64,000 nt of DNA from an uncultured candidate division Zixibacteria bacterium (lineage in GTDB: Bacteria > Zixibacteria > MSB-5A5 > GN15 > FEB-12), in NCBI GenBank assembly GCA_963806185.1, contig CAWDXE010000007.1:416001-480000 (forward strand). Reading direction: 5' to 3'. Shown piece by piece: positions 28,012 through 39,604 of this stretch. Under the pieces are notes generated by a model. That model was not told the origin of the DNA and searched no databases. It was given only the letters and a program-made list of their open reading frames with translations. The translations under genes and the position numbers were made by a program. The number at the start of each line of letters is the position of its first letter. The stretch's first letter is position 1.

Positions 28012-28759
28012 AAAGACGGTTCGACTTCTGGTTGAATATGACGGCACGCGGTTCGCCGGGTGGCAGTTGCAGGATGGAGTGGCGACGGTGCAGGGGGAAA
28101 TCACCGAAGCTATTCGCAAAGTTACGGGGGAGACGGTAACACTCCATGGGGCCGGGCGCACGGATGCGGGTGTGCACGCGCTGGGGCAGGTGGCCAGTTT
28201 CAGGATTGACCATCGGCTGGAAGCGGAGAGGTACAAGGAGGCAATCAATTTCCATTTGCCAGAGGGAATCCGAATTCGGTGTGCCAGAGTGGCGGAGGAT
28301 GATTTTCATGCCCGGTTCAGCGCGAAGTGGCGGCGGTATCGGTATCTGGTGTCGATGCAGCAGTCGGTACACTATCGGCGGCAGAGGTGGGAGATTGAAG
28401 AGCCGCTAGAGTATCGACTTCTTGACGAGGCGGCCAAACTAGTGGTGGGGGAGCATGATTTCGCGCCGTTCTGCGTAGTAGCCTCGCGCAAGGAGAGCAA
28501 TATCTGCCGGATCGAGCGGGCGCGGTGGTACAAGTACGGGACGCTCTATTCGTTTGAGATTCGCGGTAACCGGTTTCTCCATGGGATGGTGCGATCTTTG
28601 GTGGGTGCGATGGTGAATGTGGCGACGGTACATCAGGATAACAATGTGCGTAACTTGACATTAGAGCGATTTACGGGTATTATGGCCGAGCCCGGAGAGG
28701 AACGAATCGTTTTCACCGCCCCGGCCTGGGGGCTGTATCTTGTGGCGGTGGGGTACTAA
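28004..28759 (+). CDS. truA: tRNA pseudouridine(38-40) synthase
   Basis: [38 protein letters not shown]. Confidence 0.96.
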   Translation: MGEKTVRLLVEYDGTRFAGWQLQDGVATVQGEITEAIRKVTGETVTLHGAGRTDAGVHALGQVASFRIDHRLEAERYKEAINFHLPEGIRIRCARVAEDDFHARFSAKWRRYRYLVSMQQSVHYRRQRWEIEEPLEYRLLDEAAKLVVGEHDFAPFCVVASRKESNICRIERARWYKYGTLYSFEIRGNRFLHGMVRSLVGAMVNVATVHQDNNVRNLTLERFTGIMAEPGEERIVFTAPAWGLYLVAVGY

Positions 28760-28776
28760 GAGAGAAGGAACTCAGT

Positions 28777-29427
28777 ATGAAGATCTTTATCGATTCAGCC
28801 AATATCAGTGAAATCAAAGCGGCCGAGGAGATGGGGCTGCTCGACGGCGTCACCACCAATCCGTCACTCGCGGCCAAGGAAAAGCGTCCGTATCACGATC
28901 TCCTTAAGGAAATTTGCAGTATCACCGATGGGCCGGTGTCAGCGGAAGTGTTGGCGACCGACTACGACGGGATGATGCGCGAGGCGGAAGTCTACACCAA
29001 GATAGCAAAGAATATCGTCATCAAGATTCCGACGATTCCGATCGGGCTGAAAGCGATCAAGAGCCTGACGGAGCAGGGGGTGCCGACCAACGCGACGCTG
29101 GTGTTTTCGCCGATGCAGGCACTGCTTGTGGCGAAGGCGGGTGCGACGTATGCGTCGCCGTTTGTGGGAAGGCTCGACGACATATCGACCAACGGGATGG
29201 ATTTGATAGGGCAGATCATTCACATTTACGCCAATTATGGATTCGACACCGAGGTGCTGGTGGCGTCGGTGCGCCATCCGATGCACGTGGTCGAAGCGGC
29301 CATGCTCGGCGCGGACGTGGTGACCATCCCGTTTGCGGTAATCAATCAACTGATGAAACATCCGCTGACCGATATCGGGCTGGAGAAGTTCCTGTCCGAT
29401 TATCGCAAGGCGACCGGACAAAAGTAA
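28777..29427 (+). CDS. Transaldolase / fructose-6-phosphate aldolase family
   Basis: [36 protein letters not shown]. Confidence 0.93.
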   Translation: MKIFIDSANISEIKAAEEMGLLDGVTTNPSLAAKEKRPYHDLLKEICSITDGPVSAEVLATDYDGMMREAEVYTKIAKNIVIKIPTIPIGLKAIKSLTEQGVPTNATLVFSPMQALLVAKAGATYASPFVGRLDDISTNGMDLIGQIIHIYANYGFDTEVLVASVRHPMHVVEAAMLGADVVTIPFAVINQLMKHPLTDIGLEKFLSDYRKATGQK

Positions 29428-30725
29428 ATGATAGCACGATACACTTTGCCCGAGATGGGCGCGATCTGGACGGAAGAGAACAAATTCCGGACCTGGCTGA
29501 CGGTGGAAGTGGAAGCGGCGCGCGCTATGGCGCGGTACAAGATCATTCCGGAGAAGGCATTTCGGGTGATCGAGCGCAAAGCGGATTTTAACGTCAAGCG
29601 GATTGCCAGGATCGAGGCGGAGACGAATCACGACGTGATCGCCTTCCTGACCTCGGTCGGGGAATTCGTGGGGGAAGAGGCAAAGTACATTCATTTCGGG
29701 ATGACGTCGTCGGACGTGCTCGACACGGCGTTGTCGCTGCAGTTGAAGCAGGCATCGGAGATACTCGACAAGAAGATTCTCGACGGCACTGTGCTGAGAT
29801 CAAGCGGTTGGCGAAGAAGTACAAGCGGACGCCGGTAATCGGGCGGACGCACGGCGTGATGGCCGAGCCGACAACAGCAGGATTGAAGTTTGCGGTCTGG
29901 TATACGGAACTTCAGCGGCGCCATACGCAACTCCGTGCGGCGGTGAAGGCGATATCGGCGGGGAAGATTTCGGGGGCGGTGGGAAATTTCGCCAATCTTG
30001 ATCCGAGGGTAGAGGCGGCAGTCTGCAAGAAGCTGGGACTGGAAGCGGCGAAGGTATCGACACAGGTGCTGCAAAGGGACCGTCACGCAGAATTTGTGAC
30101 CTCGATGGCGCTCCTGGCCTCATCGCTGGAGAAATTTGCGACGGAGATTCGGAATCTTCAGCGGACAGAAATCGGAGAGATGGCAGAAGGGTTCACCAAG
30201 GGGCAAAAGGGATCATCGGCGATGCCGCACAAGAAGAACCCGATCACGGCGGAGCGGGTGACGGGGATTGCGCGGCTGTTGCGCGGGTATGCGGTGTCGG
30301 CGATGGAAAATATCGCGTTGTGGCATGAGCGGGACATTGCCCATTCATCGGTGGAGCGGATTATTCTGCCGGACGCGACGATAGTGCTCGATTACGGGCT
30401 GAAGAAATTTATCGATCTTTTGCGCGGGCTGGTCGTAAACGAAAAGCGGATGAAGGAGAATATCTTCTACGGCGGTGGGTTGGTCTTTTCTCAGAGATTG
30501 CTCTTGAAGCTGGCCGGACCGGTAGGATCGCGCGACAAAGCGTATCGGATGGTGCAGCGTCACGCCATGGCGGCACACGAGGGGAGGGGGTTGTTTCGGG
30601 AGTTGATTGCGGGGGATCCGGAGGTGGGGCAGTATCTTTCGAAGGCGGAGATTGACGGGTGTTTTGATTTGGCGTATTACAGCAAGCATGTGGACACAGT
30701 GTTCCGCAGGGTATTTGGCCGATGA
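29428..30725 (+). CDS. purB: Adenylosuccinate lyase (one frameshift near 29790)
   Basis: MIARY, HDVIAF, HFGMTSSD then GRTHGVMAEP, GSSAMPHKKNP, LWHERDI in the second frame. Confidence 0.95.
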
Positions 30726-31414
30726 TTGCCCGAGAGGGTGTAATCTTCATTGTCATTGGATTGGCGCTTACGGTCGCGCTGTTGTATTCGGCGAATCGGG
30801 CGGACAATTCCGTGTTGTTTGTGCTGGCGGTGGTGGCCGGACTACTGACGATATTCACCACCTACTTCTTCCGGGATCCGGAGAGAGAAATTCCACAGGG
30901 GAGTGGAATACTGGTATCGCCCGCGGACGGGAAGGTGCTGGGGGTGGAGACGGTGAGTCATCCCTTTGTCGGAGACAGTGCGGTCAAGGTATCGATCTTT
31001 CTGAATGTGTTTGATGTTCACGTGAATCGGATCCCGGCGGCAGGGACGGTCAGTTATGTGAAATACAATCCGGGGAAGTTCTTTGCGGCGTTCGAGGAGA
31101 AGGCGTCGGAGTTGAACGAGCAGACAGAAATCGGGCTTGAGGCCGATACCGGAGATAAGATCGTATTCAAGCAGATCGCGGGGCTTATTGCCCGGCGGAT
31201 CGTGTGCAAAGTGAAAGCCGGAGATCGGGTGGCGGCAGGAGAGCGGTTCGGTATGATTCGGTTCGGCTCGCGTACGGAGTTGTTTCTTCCCAAGGGATCG
31301 CAGGTGAAGGTCGCGAAGGGCGACCGGGTAGCGGGCGGAGCAAGTGTGATTGGGTTATTGCCGAAAGTAGGATCGACCGCGCTTTTGAAGACGGGAGAAG
31401 AACATGGCCATTAA
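30722..31414 (+). CDS. psd: Phosphatidylserine decarboxylase proenzyme
   Basis: FFRDPER, SPADG, DVHVNR, QIAGLIARRI, FGSR self-cleavage motif. Confidence 0.93.
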   Translation: MIAREGVIFIVIGLALTVALLYSANRADNSVLFVLAVVAGLLTIFTTYFFRDPEREIPQGSGILVSPADGKVLGVETVSHPFVGDSAVKVSIFLNVFDVHVNRIPAAGTVSYVKYNPGKFFAAFEEKASELNEQTEIGLEADTGDKIVFKQIAGLIARRIVCKVKAGDRVAAGERFGMIRFGSRTELFLPKGSQVKVAKGDRVAGGASVIGLLPKVGSTALLKTGEEHGH

Positions 31415-32192
31415 TCGAGGGTTCTTCCCGGGATCGTTTACGATGGGGAACGTCGTATGCGGTTTTCTATCGATCCTATCGGTTTTTCAGGGACACATCA
31501 CGACGGCGGCGTATTTGATCTTGCTGGCGGCGTTTCTTGATTCGCTCGACGGGAAGGTGGCGCGCCTCAGCGGGACGACCTCGCAGTTTGGCGTCGAGTT
31601 GGATTCGCTGGCCGATTTTCTGTCATTCGGCGTGGCTCCGGCGGTGATTGTGTACTCGGTGAAGCTGAATACGCTCGGTCCGTGGGGGTGGATAATCGCG
31701 GTGGTGTATATCATGGCGGCGGCGTTCCGGCTGGCCCGATTCAATGTGTTGGCAGACACGGAAGAGAAGAAGGATTTTGTAGGTTTGCCGGTGCCGGGGG
31801 CGGCGATGGCGCTGGTTTCGTTTGTGATCCTGTCCTACTACTTGTGGGACGGGTTGAAATACGATGAGCCGCTGGTTTTCATGGTGGTGTTGTTTGCTTT
31901 CCTGATGGTGTCGCAAGTGCATTACGATTCTTTGCCAGACCGCTTTCACAGTCGTCCAGAGAAGATCAAACTTGCTGTCCTGCTTGGGATTACCGCAGTG
32001 GCATTGGTATCATTGATCTTTGTTTCCTATAGAGTTTTATTGTTTCCCCTGGTAGCCCTGTATATATTGTTCGGCATTGTGCGCGAGGTATACCGTCTGT
32101 TTACGGTTGGGGTGACCAAAGTGACCGGCCGCCAGTACGGGCGTCGTCGGACAGACCATAAGGAAGAAATGGAAGATTTTCATGACCAATAA
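31404..32192 (+). CDS. pssA: CDP-diacylglycerol--serine O-phosphatidyltransferase
   Basis: DSLDGKVAR...FGVELDSLAD CDP-alcohol phosphotransferase motif, RLARFN; paired with psd. Confidence 0.93.
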   Translation: MAINRGFFPGSFTMGNVVCGFLSILSVFQGHITTAAYLILLAAFLDSLDGKVARLSGTTSQFGVELDSLADFLSFGVAPAVIVYSVKLNTLGPWGWIIAVVYIMAAAFRLARFNVLADTEEKKDFVGLPVPGAAMALVSFVILSYYLWDGLKYDEPLVFMVVLFAFLMVSQVHYDSLPDRFHSRPEKIKLAVLLGITAVALVSLIFVSYRVLLFPLVALYILFGIVREVYRLFTVGVTKVTGRQYGRRRTDHKEEMEDFHDQ

Positions 32193-32433
32193 TACCAAGG
32201 CCGTCGTGTATGTCCGATTGAAAGAGGGCGTGCTCGACCCGCAGGGTGTGACGATTCAGAAGGCGCTGTCCCAGATGGGGTACAGCGATTTTGTTTCAGT
32301 GCGCTCGGGCAAGTTCTTTGAGCTTGAGGTGGATGGTGACGCCAAAGATATCGATCGGAAGATTGATGAGGTTTGCAGCAAGTTGCTGGCGAATCCAGTG
32401 GTAGAGAAGTACACGGTGGAGAAGGTCGGATGA
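32182..32433 (+). CDS. purS: FGAM synthase subunit PurS
   Basis: [21 protein letters not shown]. Confidence 0.95.
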   Translation: MTNNTKAVVYVRLKEGVLDPQGVTIQKALSQMGYSDFVSVRSGKFFELEVDGDAKDIDRKIDEVCSKLLANPVVEKYTVEKVG

Positions 32434-33143
32434 AATTCGGCGTCGTGACATTTCCGGGTTCGAATTGCGATTATGACGCATACGCGGCAGTGAAGCACGT
32501 GCTGGGCGAAGAGGTCGAGTTTCTGTGGCACAAGTCGCATGATTTGACCGGATCGGACGTGGTAGTACTACCGGGTGGGTTTTCTTACGGCGACTATCTT
32601 CGGGCGGGGGCACTGGCGCGATTTTCTCCGATTATGCAGGAAGTGGTGAAGTTCGCCGAGTCGGGCGGACTGGTGATAGGCATCTGCAACGGTTTCCAGG
32701 TGTTGACCGAAAGCGGGTTGCTCCCGGGAACACTGATGCGGAACGAGCATCTTCGGTTTGCCTGCAAGTTCACGAATCTTCGGGTGGAAAACGCGCAGAC
32801 GCCGTGGACGCAGGCGTGCGTGAAGGGGGAGGTATTGCGGGTGCCGATTGCGCATGGCGAGGGGAATTACTATCACTTTGACGGCAATATCAAGGAGTTG
32901 GAAGAGGCCGGGCAGGTGGTATTTCGGTATGTCGACGAGCAGGGTCGGGAGACGGCGGAGGCGAACCCGAACGGATCGTTGCACAATATCGCAGGTATAA
33001 TCAACCAAACAGGCAACGTCCTGGGCATGATGCCGCATCCGGAGCGGGCCGTGGAGTCGATATTGGGATCGGCGGACGGCCTTAAAGTGTTTGAGTCGAT
33101 CCGGATGGCATGCCGCAAGATGACGGCAGTGGGGAACAGGTGA
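32430..33143 (+). CDS. purQ: FGAM synthase glutaminase subunit PurQ
   Basis: [37 protein letters not shown]. Confidence 0.96.
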   Translation: MKFGVVTFPGSNCDYDAYAAVKHVLGEEVEFLWHKSHDLTGSDVVVLPGGFSYGDYLRAGALARFSPIMQEVVKFAESGGLVIGICNGFQVLTESGLLPGTLMRNEHLRFACKFTNLRVENAQTPWTQACVKGEVLRVPIAHGEGNYYHFDGNIKELEEAGQVVFRYVDEQGRETAEANPNGSLHNIAGIINQTGNVLGMMPHPERAVESILGSADGLKVFESIRMACRKMTAVGNR

Positions 33144-33406
33144 AGCGACGGGAATTGACGTTTATCATCACGGCGCTGATATTGGCGGCTGTGCTGGGGG
33201 GAGTGGTGGGGGACGTTCTCGGGACGTTTCTACCGGATGGGGCGGCGAAAACGGTGTTTTCGAACGCGGTGCAGATCGGTTTCAGTCCGGTGAATGTGGA
33301 TTTATGGGCGATTTCGATGACTTTCGGACTGAAATTTAAGATCAACTTTATGTCGTTGTTGTTTGTTAGTCTAGTAGTCGCGTATTTTCGTTGGTGGTAT
33401 TTATAG
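33140..33406 (+). CDS. Small membrane protein (DUF4321-like)
   Basis: Two hydrophobic segments around F...P..VDL..ISMTFG....IN; GTG overlaps the purQ stop. Confidence 0.65.
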   Translation: MKRRELTFIITALILAAVLGGVVGDVLGTFLPDGAAKTVFSNAVQIGFSPVNVDLWAISMTFGLKFKINFMSLLFVSLVVAYFRWWYL

Positions 33407-33430
33407 AGGTCGCGGACCTCAGGAGGCTGT

Positions 33431-33661
33431 ATGTTTGGCATGGGCCCATGGGAAATGTTGTTAATCTTCCTGGTTGTCCTGCTGTTGTTTGGAGCCAAGA
33501 AGTTGCCGGAGATCGCCCAGGGGCTGGGTAAGGGGATTCGCGAATTCAAGCGAGCGATGCGCGATACGACCGACGACATCAACCAACCACCAGTCAATCA
33601 ACCGCCGGTCAATCAGCCGCGGTTGCCGGACGACACCAAGAACCAGCAGCATCCACATTAA
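33431..33661 (+). CDS. tatA: Twin-arginine translocase TatA/E subunit
   Basis: [38 protein letters not shown]. Confidence 0.95.
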   Translation: MFGMGPWEMLLIFLVVLLLFGAKKLPEIAQGLGKGIREFKRAMRDTTDDINQPPVNQPPVNQPRLPDDTKNQQHPH

Positions 33662-33663
33662 AG

Positions 33664-34152
33664 ATGTTTGTGGTGCGGGAGCCCCGGGGTATGACGACCA
33701 GCTTCACAAAAGATGATGCCGACAAGATCGGCGGGATACTTGGCGCGGAAAAGATCACGGTCGACAAGGACCATTTCCGCATTCGTGTAGCGAACGCGGA
33801 AGAGAAGCGAATACTTATTCTGGAGGTATACGGCGAAGTGAATCTCGGACGGGGCCGGGGGATGCTGGTGGTCGTCTATACCGGTAACTCCCATCTGCAA
33901 TTGCATAATTGCACGGGGTACGTCGTCTCGGAGGAGTTGGGCGAGGTCACGTTTGTGGCAGACACGCCGCCGCATCTGTCCGGGCTGGTGGTCGAGAAGG
34001 GGGCGAGCTGCTCTCTGTATGCTGCGCTTGACCGGGCGTTGATTTCGTCGGACTTCACGCAATTGGGGGTGGAGGTGATGCTTTCGGGGGTGGCGTTGTC
34101 GCTGGCCGAGGAGGTACTCAATCGACCGGGCGGAGACAAACCGTCGAAGTAA
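33664..34152 (+). CDS. Hypothetical protein (alternative start 33691)
   Basis: Co-oriented ORF filling the gap before a terminator; no family recognised. Confidence 0.7.
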   Translation: MFVVREPRGMTTSFTKDDADKIGGILGAEKITVDKDHFRIRVANAEEKRILILEVYGEVNLGRGRGMLVVVYTGNSHLQLHNCTGYVVSEELGEVTFVADTPPHLSGLVVEKGASCSLYAALDRALISSDFTQLGVEVMLSGVALSLAEEVLNRPGGDKPSK

Positions 34153-34182
34153 CAGAGCGGCAGTTTACCTATTGACAATATG

Positions 34183-34217
34183 AAAGCGGCAGGCGAAGCG
34201 CCTGCCGCTGTTTTTTT
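34183..34217. terminator. Terminator between convergent genes
   Basis: AAAGCGGCAGGC-GAAGC-GCCTGCCGCT followed by a T-run. Confidence 0.7.
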
Positions 34218-34219
34218 AC

Positions 34220-36583
34220 TTATGGCTGTACTGGTGGCGGTCCCTCCATGAAGAGGTAGCCGACCAACCAGGTGAGATCGCCAATGTCCAGATTCAGGTT
34301 GGGCTCGGCGTCACCGGATTGAATGGTGACCGGCGGCGGGCCGAACATGAAGAGGTTGATAATCAGCGTCGTGAGGTCGCCGATGTCGATGTTGAAATCG
34401 GGCGAGTTATCGGCGTTGCCGCGACGGACATATCTGGTGCGGGCCGCACCGGCGAAGCTGGTAGGGTAATATGTAATGGCGGCGGCGGCGTGCAGGGTCG
34501 GAACGATGGCGCTCACGATGGCGGTGTCGACGGGAACCGCCAGGGAGCCGAGAGCAAACTTGTCGGTCTTTAGATAGAGACGCAACACCTCACCGCTTCC
34601 GGGGGGGAGGGGGGAAGTGGAAGACTCGAGTGAGTAGCAGTATCTGTGGTCGCCGAAGCCAAGAATCGAGAGGCTCCAGTTGCTGGCCGTACGGGTACCA
34701 CGCACAATTGAATCAACGGTGGTAGTGAAGGGGACCTTGGCGATTTCAAACGGGATAATAATCTGGTCAAGCGTCTGCGAGTTGGTCAGGTTGAAGGATA
34801 TGGCGACCTCCTGGCCGGCGTAAACGGAGTCGGTTTCGATCAACAGCGTGTCGCCGGTAACCAGGATGTATCCCGGGCGCGAATCAGTGAGGGGTCCATA
34901 GAGCGCGGTTTCAACAGTCAGGGAAACGTTGTACGAACCGCCGGTTTGATATTGATGTACGGGGCTCTGTAAGCCGGACGTACCACCGTCACCAAAATCC
35001 CACGCCCATGAGGTGGGGCTCAGGAATGACGCGCCGGTAAACTGAACCGTGAGCGGTCCGTTGCCGACGCGAACGTCGGCGTTCATGCTGACGCCGTAGC
35101 CGACCGCGGAGTTGGCATTCACGATACCATAGCCGTACGTGTTGTCGGGCGTGGAGGCGAGGCTGGCCGTGAGTCGGATAGCATCGCGAATGAGCGAGGG
35201 TGGCCAGTCGGGATGAGCCTGGACCATGAGGCAGGCGACTCCGGCGACCAGCGGGGTCGACAGGGAAGTGCCGCCTACGGCAGTATAGGCGCTATCGCCG
35301 CCGGAGCTGGCGCAATAGGTACTGACGCCCATGGCGCAGACATCGGGTTTGAGGCGGCCGTCGTATGTCGGTCCGCGAGAGGAGAAGCCGGCGATGGTGC
35401 CGGAAGAGTTGACCGCGCCGATAGACAGGATATTGAAGGCATCGGCGGGGGCTGACAGCGTGCCGGCGCTGGGGCCGGCATTGCCCATGGAATTGCAGAC
35501 GATGATGCCGAGGCTGTCGGCAGTGCCGGCGGCAATCGAAATCGGGGCGGTAATGCCGTTCATATCGGAATAGTCATACCAATCGGAGTAGCCGAGGGAC
35601 GAAGTGATGACATCGGCGCCGAGTCCCGAGACCCATTCGAGGGCGGCGATCCAGTTGTCTTCTTCTACAATGGTCTCGCTTCGGACATCTTCAGTTTTGC
35701 ACAGAATGAAGCTCGCCTTGTAGGCCGGGCCGTACATTTTGCCGTCGCGATAGCCTCCCGAAGTAGACCAGATGTAGGTGCCGTGATCCCACTGGTTGGA
35801 GGCGTCGCCGGCCTCGTTGGAGGTGTTGCCGTCGTTAAAAATAAAATCGTGTTCGGCGAGGACACGGCCGGCGGCATAGTGGTTGGCAAAAGCCTGGTGG
35901 GTCTTTCTAAAGCCGGTATCGAAGATGGCGAGAATGACGCCGGAACCGTCATACCCTCTGGTGTGCACGGCCGGGACATTGATCTGGGTGAGTTGGGTGA
36001 GCGACCCGCCGTAGTTGAGAGCGTCGGCATTCTGGCTGCTGCGCTCGAGATCCTCGCGCAAATCCTCAGCCTGAGGAAGTTCCTCTTTATAGACCGACAT
36101 TGGCCGAACCTCGAGAACAAAGGGGAGAGCCGCTACAGCGTTGAGCTGGTCGACGGGGAGTTCAAAGCTGGCGGCGTTGAGCCAGGCAGAGGTACGTCGC
36201 AGTTTGCCACCAGCGGCGACGATCTGATCAAGGTACGTCCGGGTGACGGGGAGGTCGGCAAAGACGACGTGATTCATGCCGGTCTTGGTGCGTCGTTTGG
36301 CGGACTTATCGAGTGAGACGGCGGCCGCGGCGGCGTCAAATTGAGCGCGGTCAAACACGCCTTTGTCGGTGAAGAAGACCCAGACGCGGGCTGCCGAGCC
36401 GTCGCGCTGGACGAGGAAATCACGAGTATCAGCAGCGACCGTGACTGCGGTCTTGCGAATGGTGACGGGCTCGGGGAGGAGGAAGGCACTGGCGGCCAGA
36501 ACCTGGCCGGCCAGAAGACCGGACATAACGAACGAGGCCGTCAGGAGGAGACGCTTACGGAGACTCATGGACGGACGGAACAT
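34220..36583 (-). CDS. Secreted S8 serine peptidase with PKD domain, cohesin-like beta domain and dockerin-like tail
   Basis: FDTG, DHGT, GTSLSTP triad; PKD WAWDFGDG..S..QSPVHQY; C-terminal duplicated GxA(D/E)...DIGDLT segments. Confidence 0.87.
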   Translation of the reverse strand: MFRPSMSLRKRLLLTASFVMSGLLAGQVLAASAFLLPEPVTIRKTAVTVAADTRDFLVQRDGSAARVWVFFTDKGVFDRAQFDAAAAAVSLDKSAKRRTKTGMNHVVFADLPVTRTYLDQIVAAGGKLRRTSAWLNAASFELPVDQLNAVAALPFVLEVRPMSVYKEELPQAEDLREDLERSSQNADALNYGGSLTQLTQINVPAVHTRGYDGSGVILAIFDTGFRKTHQAFANHYAAGRVLAEHDFIFNDGNTSNEAGDASNQWDHGTYIWSTSGGYRDGKMYGPAYKASFILCKTEDVRSETIVEEDNWIAALEWVSGLGADVITSSLGYSDWYDYSDMNGITAPISIAAGTADSLGIIVCNSMGNAGPSAGTLSAPADAFNILSIGAVNSSGTIAGFSSRGPTYDGRLKPDVCAMGVSTYCASSGGDSAYTAVGGTSLSTPLVAGVACLMVQAHPDWPPSLIRDAIRLTASLASTPDNTYGYGIVNANSAVGYGVSMNADVRVGNGPLTVQFTGASFLSPTSWAWDFGDGGTSGLQSPVHQYQTGGSYNVSLTVETALYGPLTDSRPGYILVTGDTLLIETDSVYAGQEVAISFNLTNSQTLDQIIIPFEIAKVPFTTTVDSIVRGTRTASNWSLSILGFGDHRYCYSLESSTSPLPPGSGEVLRLYLKTDKFALGSLAVPVDTAIVSAIVPTLHAAAAITYYPTSFAGAARTRYVRRGNADNSPDFNIDIGDLTTLIINLFMFGPPPVTIQSGDAEPNLNLDIGDLTWLVGYLFMEGPPPVQP

Positions 36584-36837
36584 AGGTTTCCCTTCTAAAA
36601 TCATTGGCGGGACGCGCGAGGTACGTCGGCACGTAATTGTATACTCCTAATGTATGTCGGGCCAACCATTTGTCAACGCAAATTGCGGCCGGTCGAGAGG
36701 TATGGGAGTCGGCCCATACAAACAGCCCGGCAACCGGCTTTGCGCCGACGGCAGCGACCCGATTTGGATCGCGCTAATCGCCTATGTAGTAATCGGCAAG
36801 CGGGAGAATCTCAACACTGCCGAGATAGAAGCGGGTC

Positions 36838-36854
36838 AAGGCACGGCATATGCT
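36838..36854 (+). promoter_or_regulatory. Candidate sigma54 promoter of the pilin-like gene
   Basis: AAGGCACGGCATATGCT vs consensus TGGCACGRNNNTTGCW, correct GG-N10-GC spacing. Confidence 0.45.
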
Positions 36855-36911
36855 TGTTCAGTGTCAGAGTTATTCGCCATCAACGTCCGGGTAAGGCAAA
36901 TAGGTGAAGCT

Positions 36912-37418
36912 ATGCAACGTTCAACGGTAAGACAGTCCGGGTTTACGCTCATCGAGCTGATGGTCACCACGGTGATCATCGGTATCATCTCAAGTATGGC
37001 AGTGCCGCACTTTCAGGTGGCGTATGAGCGGCTGAAACTGAGATCGGCAATGCGAGACATGTCGTCTACGCTTCGACTGGCGCGGTCGACCGCGATATCG
37101 ACCAAAGAGCAGTACGGGGTGTATTTCAATTCGGCTGATCGAACGGTTACGCTTTTCAAAGATAAGGCTGACCTGACCAGTTACATTTATACTACCGCCG
37201 ATTCGGTGCTTCGCGTCGACACGTTGCCGCGCCAAATGGTGTGGCTTGACACTGACTGTGACAACGACGTCATCACGTTTCGTCCGAACGGCTCAGCCGG
37301 ATTTACCGGTAACGGCAATATCTGGTCATTGGGGTATACGCCGAAAGTAATCGGGACATCAACGACCAGCGTTTTGGCCTCGACTGGTCGGGTAGCGATG
37401 CAGGTCTGGATGTATTGA
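36912..37418 (+). CDS. GspH/FimT-family minor (pseudo)pilin
   Basis: Class III signal QSGFTLIELM; LRLARSTAI; ITFRPNG; STGRV. Confidence 0.88.
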   Translation: MQRSTVRQSGFTLIELMVTTVIIGIISSMAVPHFQVAYERLKLRSAMRDMSSTLRLARSTAISTKEQYGVYFNSADRTVTLFKDKADLTSYIYTTADSVLRVDTLPRQMVWLDTDCDNDVITFRPNGSAGFTGNGNIWSLGYTPKVIGTSTTSVLASTGRVAMQVWMY

Positions 37419-37490
37419 TTCCGGTGCGGTGAGCGGGGACGGCCGAATCGAGTTGATGGCAGCGCCGGGGACGGCGTAATCAGAGGTATG

Positions 37491-37517
37491 AGCCCCATCC
37501 TGAGGGATGGGGCTTTT
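37491..37517 (+). terminator. Putative intrinsic terminator
   Basis: AGCCCCATCC-TGAG-GGATGGGGCT followed by TTT. Confidence 0.7.
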
Positions 37518-37759
37518 CATTTGGCGGAGAAGGGGTTGCAGGAAAAAACCGAGGACGGTTCAACTTTTGGTCAGGAATGGCCGATACTCTGAGACGACCA
37601 GCCAGAAGGGAAGAATTCTCCCTGAAAGCTTCTCGGGAAGGGGAGGGGGAAAATTCGGAGGCTGAGGGTTAATTGCCTAAGGATTCATGCCGATACACTA
37701 ACAGGAACGATGTGCCTGTCAAATGGAAATGAAAGACACTTTAGGATAAAGAGATTGCC

Positions 37760-38813
37760 ATGATCTTTGCACGACGGAGCAACAGTACGGTCGGGCTGGA
37801 TATCGGCGCCAGTTCGATCAAGCTGGTGAAGTTGAATCACTCGCGGACGGGGTATTCGGTGGCCGCGATCGGCATCCGCGAACTGCCGCCGGAGGCGATC
37901 GTCGCCGATGAGATTCGCGATCGCGAAGCGGTCATCTTCAACATCCAGTCGCTGATCGATCAGACCGACCCCAAGATCAAAGACGTGGTCGTGTCGATTT
38001 CCGGCCACGGCGTGATCACCGACAAGTTCACCATCGACAAGAAGACCGGGCCGGAGCGGAGCAGGCGATCCTGTTCGAAACCGAACAGCGGGCGCCCGTT
38101 CGACGTCGACGACGTCTCGCTGGACTACCACGTCATCAAGACCGACGACGAAATCAACAAGATGGACGTCCTGCTGGTCGCCGCCCGCGAAGGAGTACCT
38201 CCAGATGTATCTTGAGACTGATCGAGGACTGCGGGCTGCGTCCGGTGATCGTCGACGACGACGCGTTCGCCATGCTCAACGCCTACGAGAACAACTACGA
38301 CATCGATCCGACCAAGATGACGGCGCTGGTGAATATCGGGCACGACGTCACCAACATCACGTTCTGCACGACGGGATGTTCAAGGCGACGCGCGACGTAT
38401 CGGCCGGAACGCGCGAAATCTACAACGCCATCCAGAAGGAATTCCGTCTGAATCCGGAACTGACCAGCAAGGCGATCAAGGGTGAGATGTCGGACACGAT
38501 CGACCAGGACATGCTCAAGGCGACGATCGTGTCGGCGACCGATGAACTGATCTCCGGCATCGAGCTGGCGTTCTCGTATTTCAGATCGCAGACCAAGATT
38601 GAAACCATCGACTGGATCGTGCTGTCCGGCGGCGGCGCCTTGGTTCCGTACCTGCCCGAGTACCTGCAGTCGAAGCTGAATATCCCGCTGGAAATCGCCA
38701 ATCCGCTGCGCAACGTCGATTATGATCCGGAGTTGTTCCAGTACCTGCAGCCGGAGAAGATCGCGCCGTTGCTGACGGTCTCGGTCGGCTTAGCCATGCG
38801 GAAAGTGAGGTAG
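37760..38813 (+). CDS. pilM: Type IV pilus assembly protein PilM (several frameshifts ~38055-38370)
   Basis: VGLDIGASSIKLV, PFD.DDV.LDY, VLLVAA, ALVNIG, LSGGGA, ANPL, VGLAMR spread across three frames. Confidence 0.9.
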
Positions 38814-38819
38814 TTTCCC

Positions 38820-39594
38820 ATGATAGAAATAAATCTACTTCCGAAAGAGTACCGCAAGAGGCGGGGCCGGTTTCTCGTTCGGCAAGAGCGGCATGTATGT
38901 CGCCGGCGGGGCGTTGGTCTGGCTGTCGATGCTGATCGGCGTCACCTTCTGGCAGATGCAGCAGTTGAACCGTCTGGAGAGCAACATCGACAAGGCGAAT
39001 CAGCGGGCGGCCATGCTTCGGCAGGACATCCAGATGGTCGATGCGCTGACCGACGTGAAAGACAAGATCACGCGGCGAATGACGGCGGTCGAGCGACTCG
39101 ACCGCAACCGTTCGTCGTGGGTGCGCATACTCGAGGACGTGGCGAACGACGTACCGGAATTCGTCTGGCTGGGTTCATTCAAGGAGATCAGCAAGACGGA
39201 GAAGAAGGCGGCGACCACGACCAAGCAGAACTCCGACGGTACGACGGGTATCGTGCAGAACGAGCCGTCCGCCGGAGCGAAGGCGCCAGCGGCCGGAGCC
39301 GGGGAGCAGCAGACGCTGCCGGTGCAGCAGATTGAGGTCGAGGGGTATGCCTTCTCGCTCAATTCGCTGGCCGCGCTGATGATCAATCTGATGCGGTCGG
39401 ATTTCTTCGACGATGTCGAATTGAAGTCGACCACGGAGACGAAGTTCGGCGACGGCTACAAGGCGTACACGTTTGTGCTGGGAGCGAACGTGCATTACCT
39501 GTCGGACGAGGAACTTCGCCAGTTGGCCATGCAGCCCGAAGAGGGGGCAGACGGGGCCGACGCGACATCAACCACTCACGAGAGTCTGAACTAA
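38820..39594 (+). CDS. pilN: Type IV pilus assembly protein PilN (frameshift near 38865)
   Basis: MIEINLLP start, TM helix, coiled coil, VPEFVWL, IEVEGYA, SDFF. Confidence 0.88.
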
Positions 39595-39604
39595 GGGAGT
39601 CGTC

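Noticed and set aside
29760..29840. Programmed ribosomal frameshift in purB or pilM
   Set aside because: No slippery heptamer or stimulatory structure seen, and many similar indels elsewhere point to sequencing error.
32182..33143. Incomplete purine pathway (purS-purQ without purL)
   Set aside because: purL is commonly located separately; absence from a 64-kb window is uninformative.
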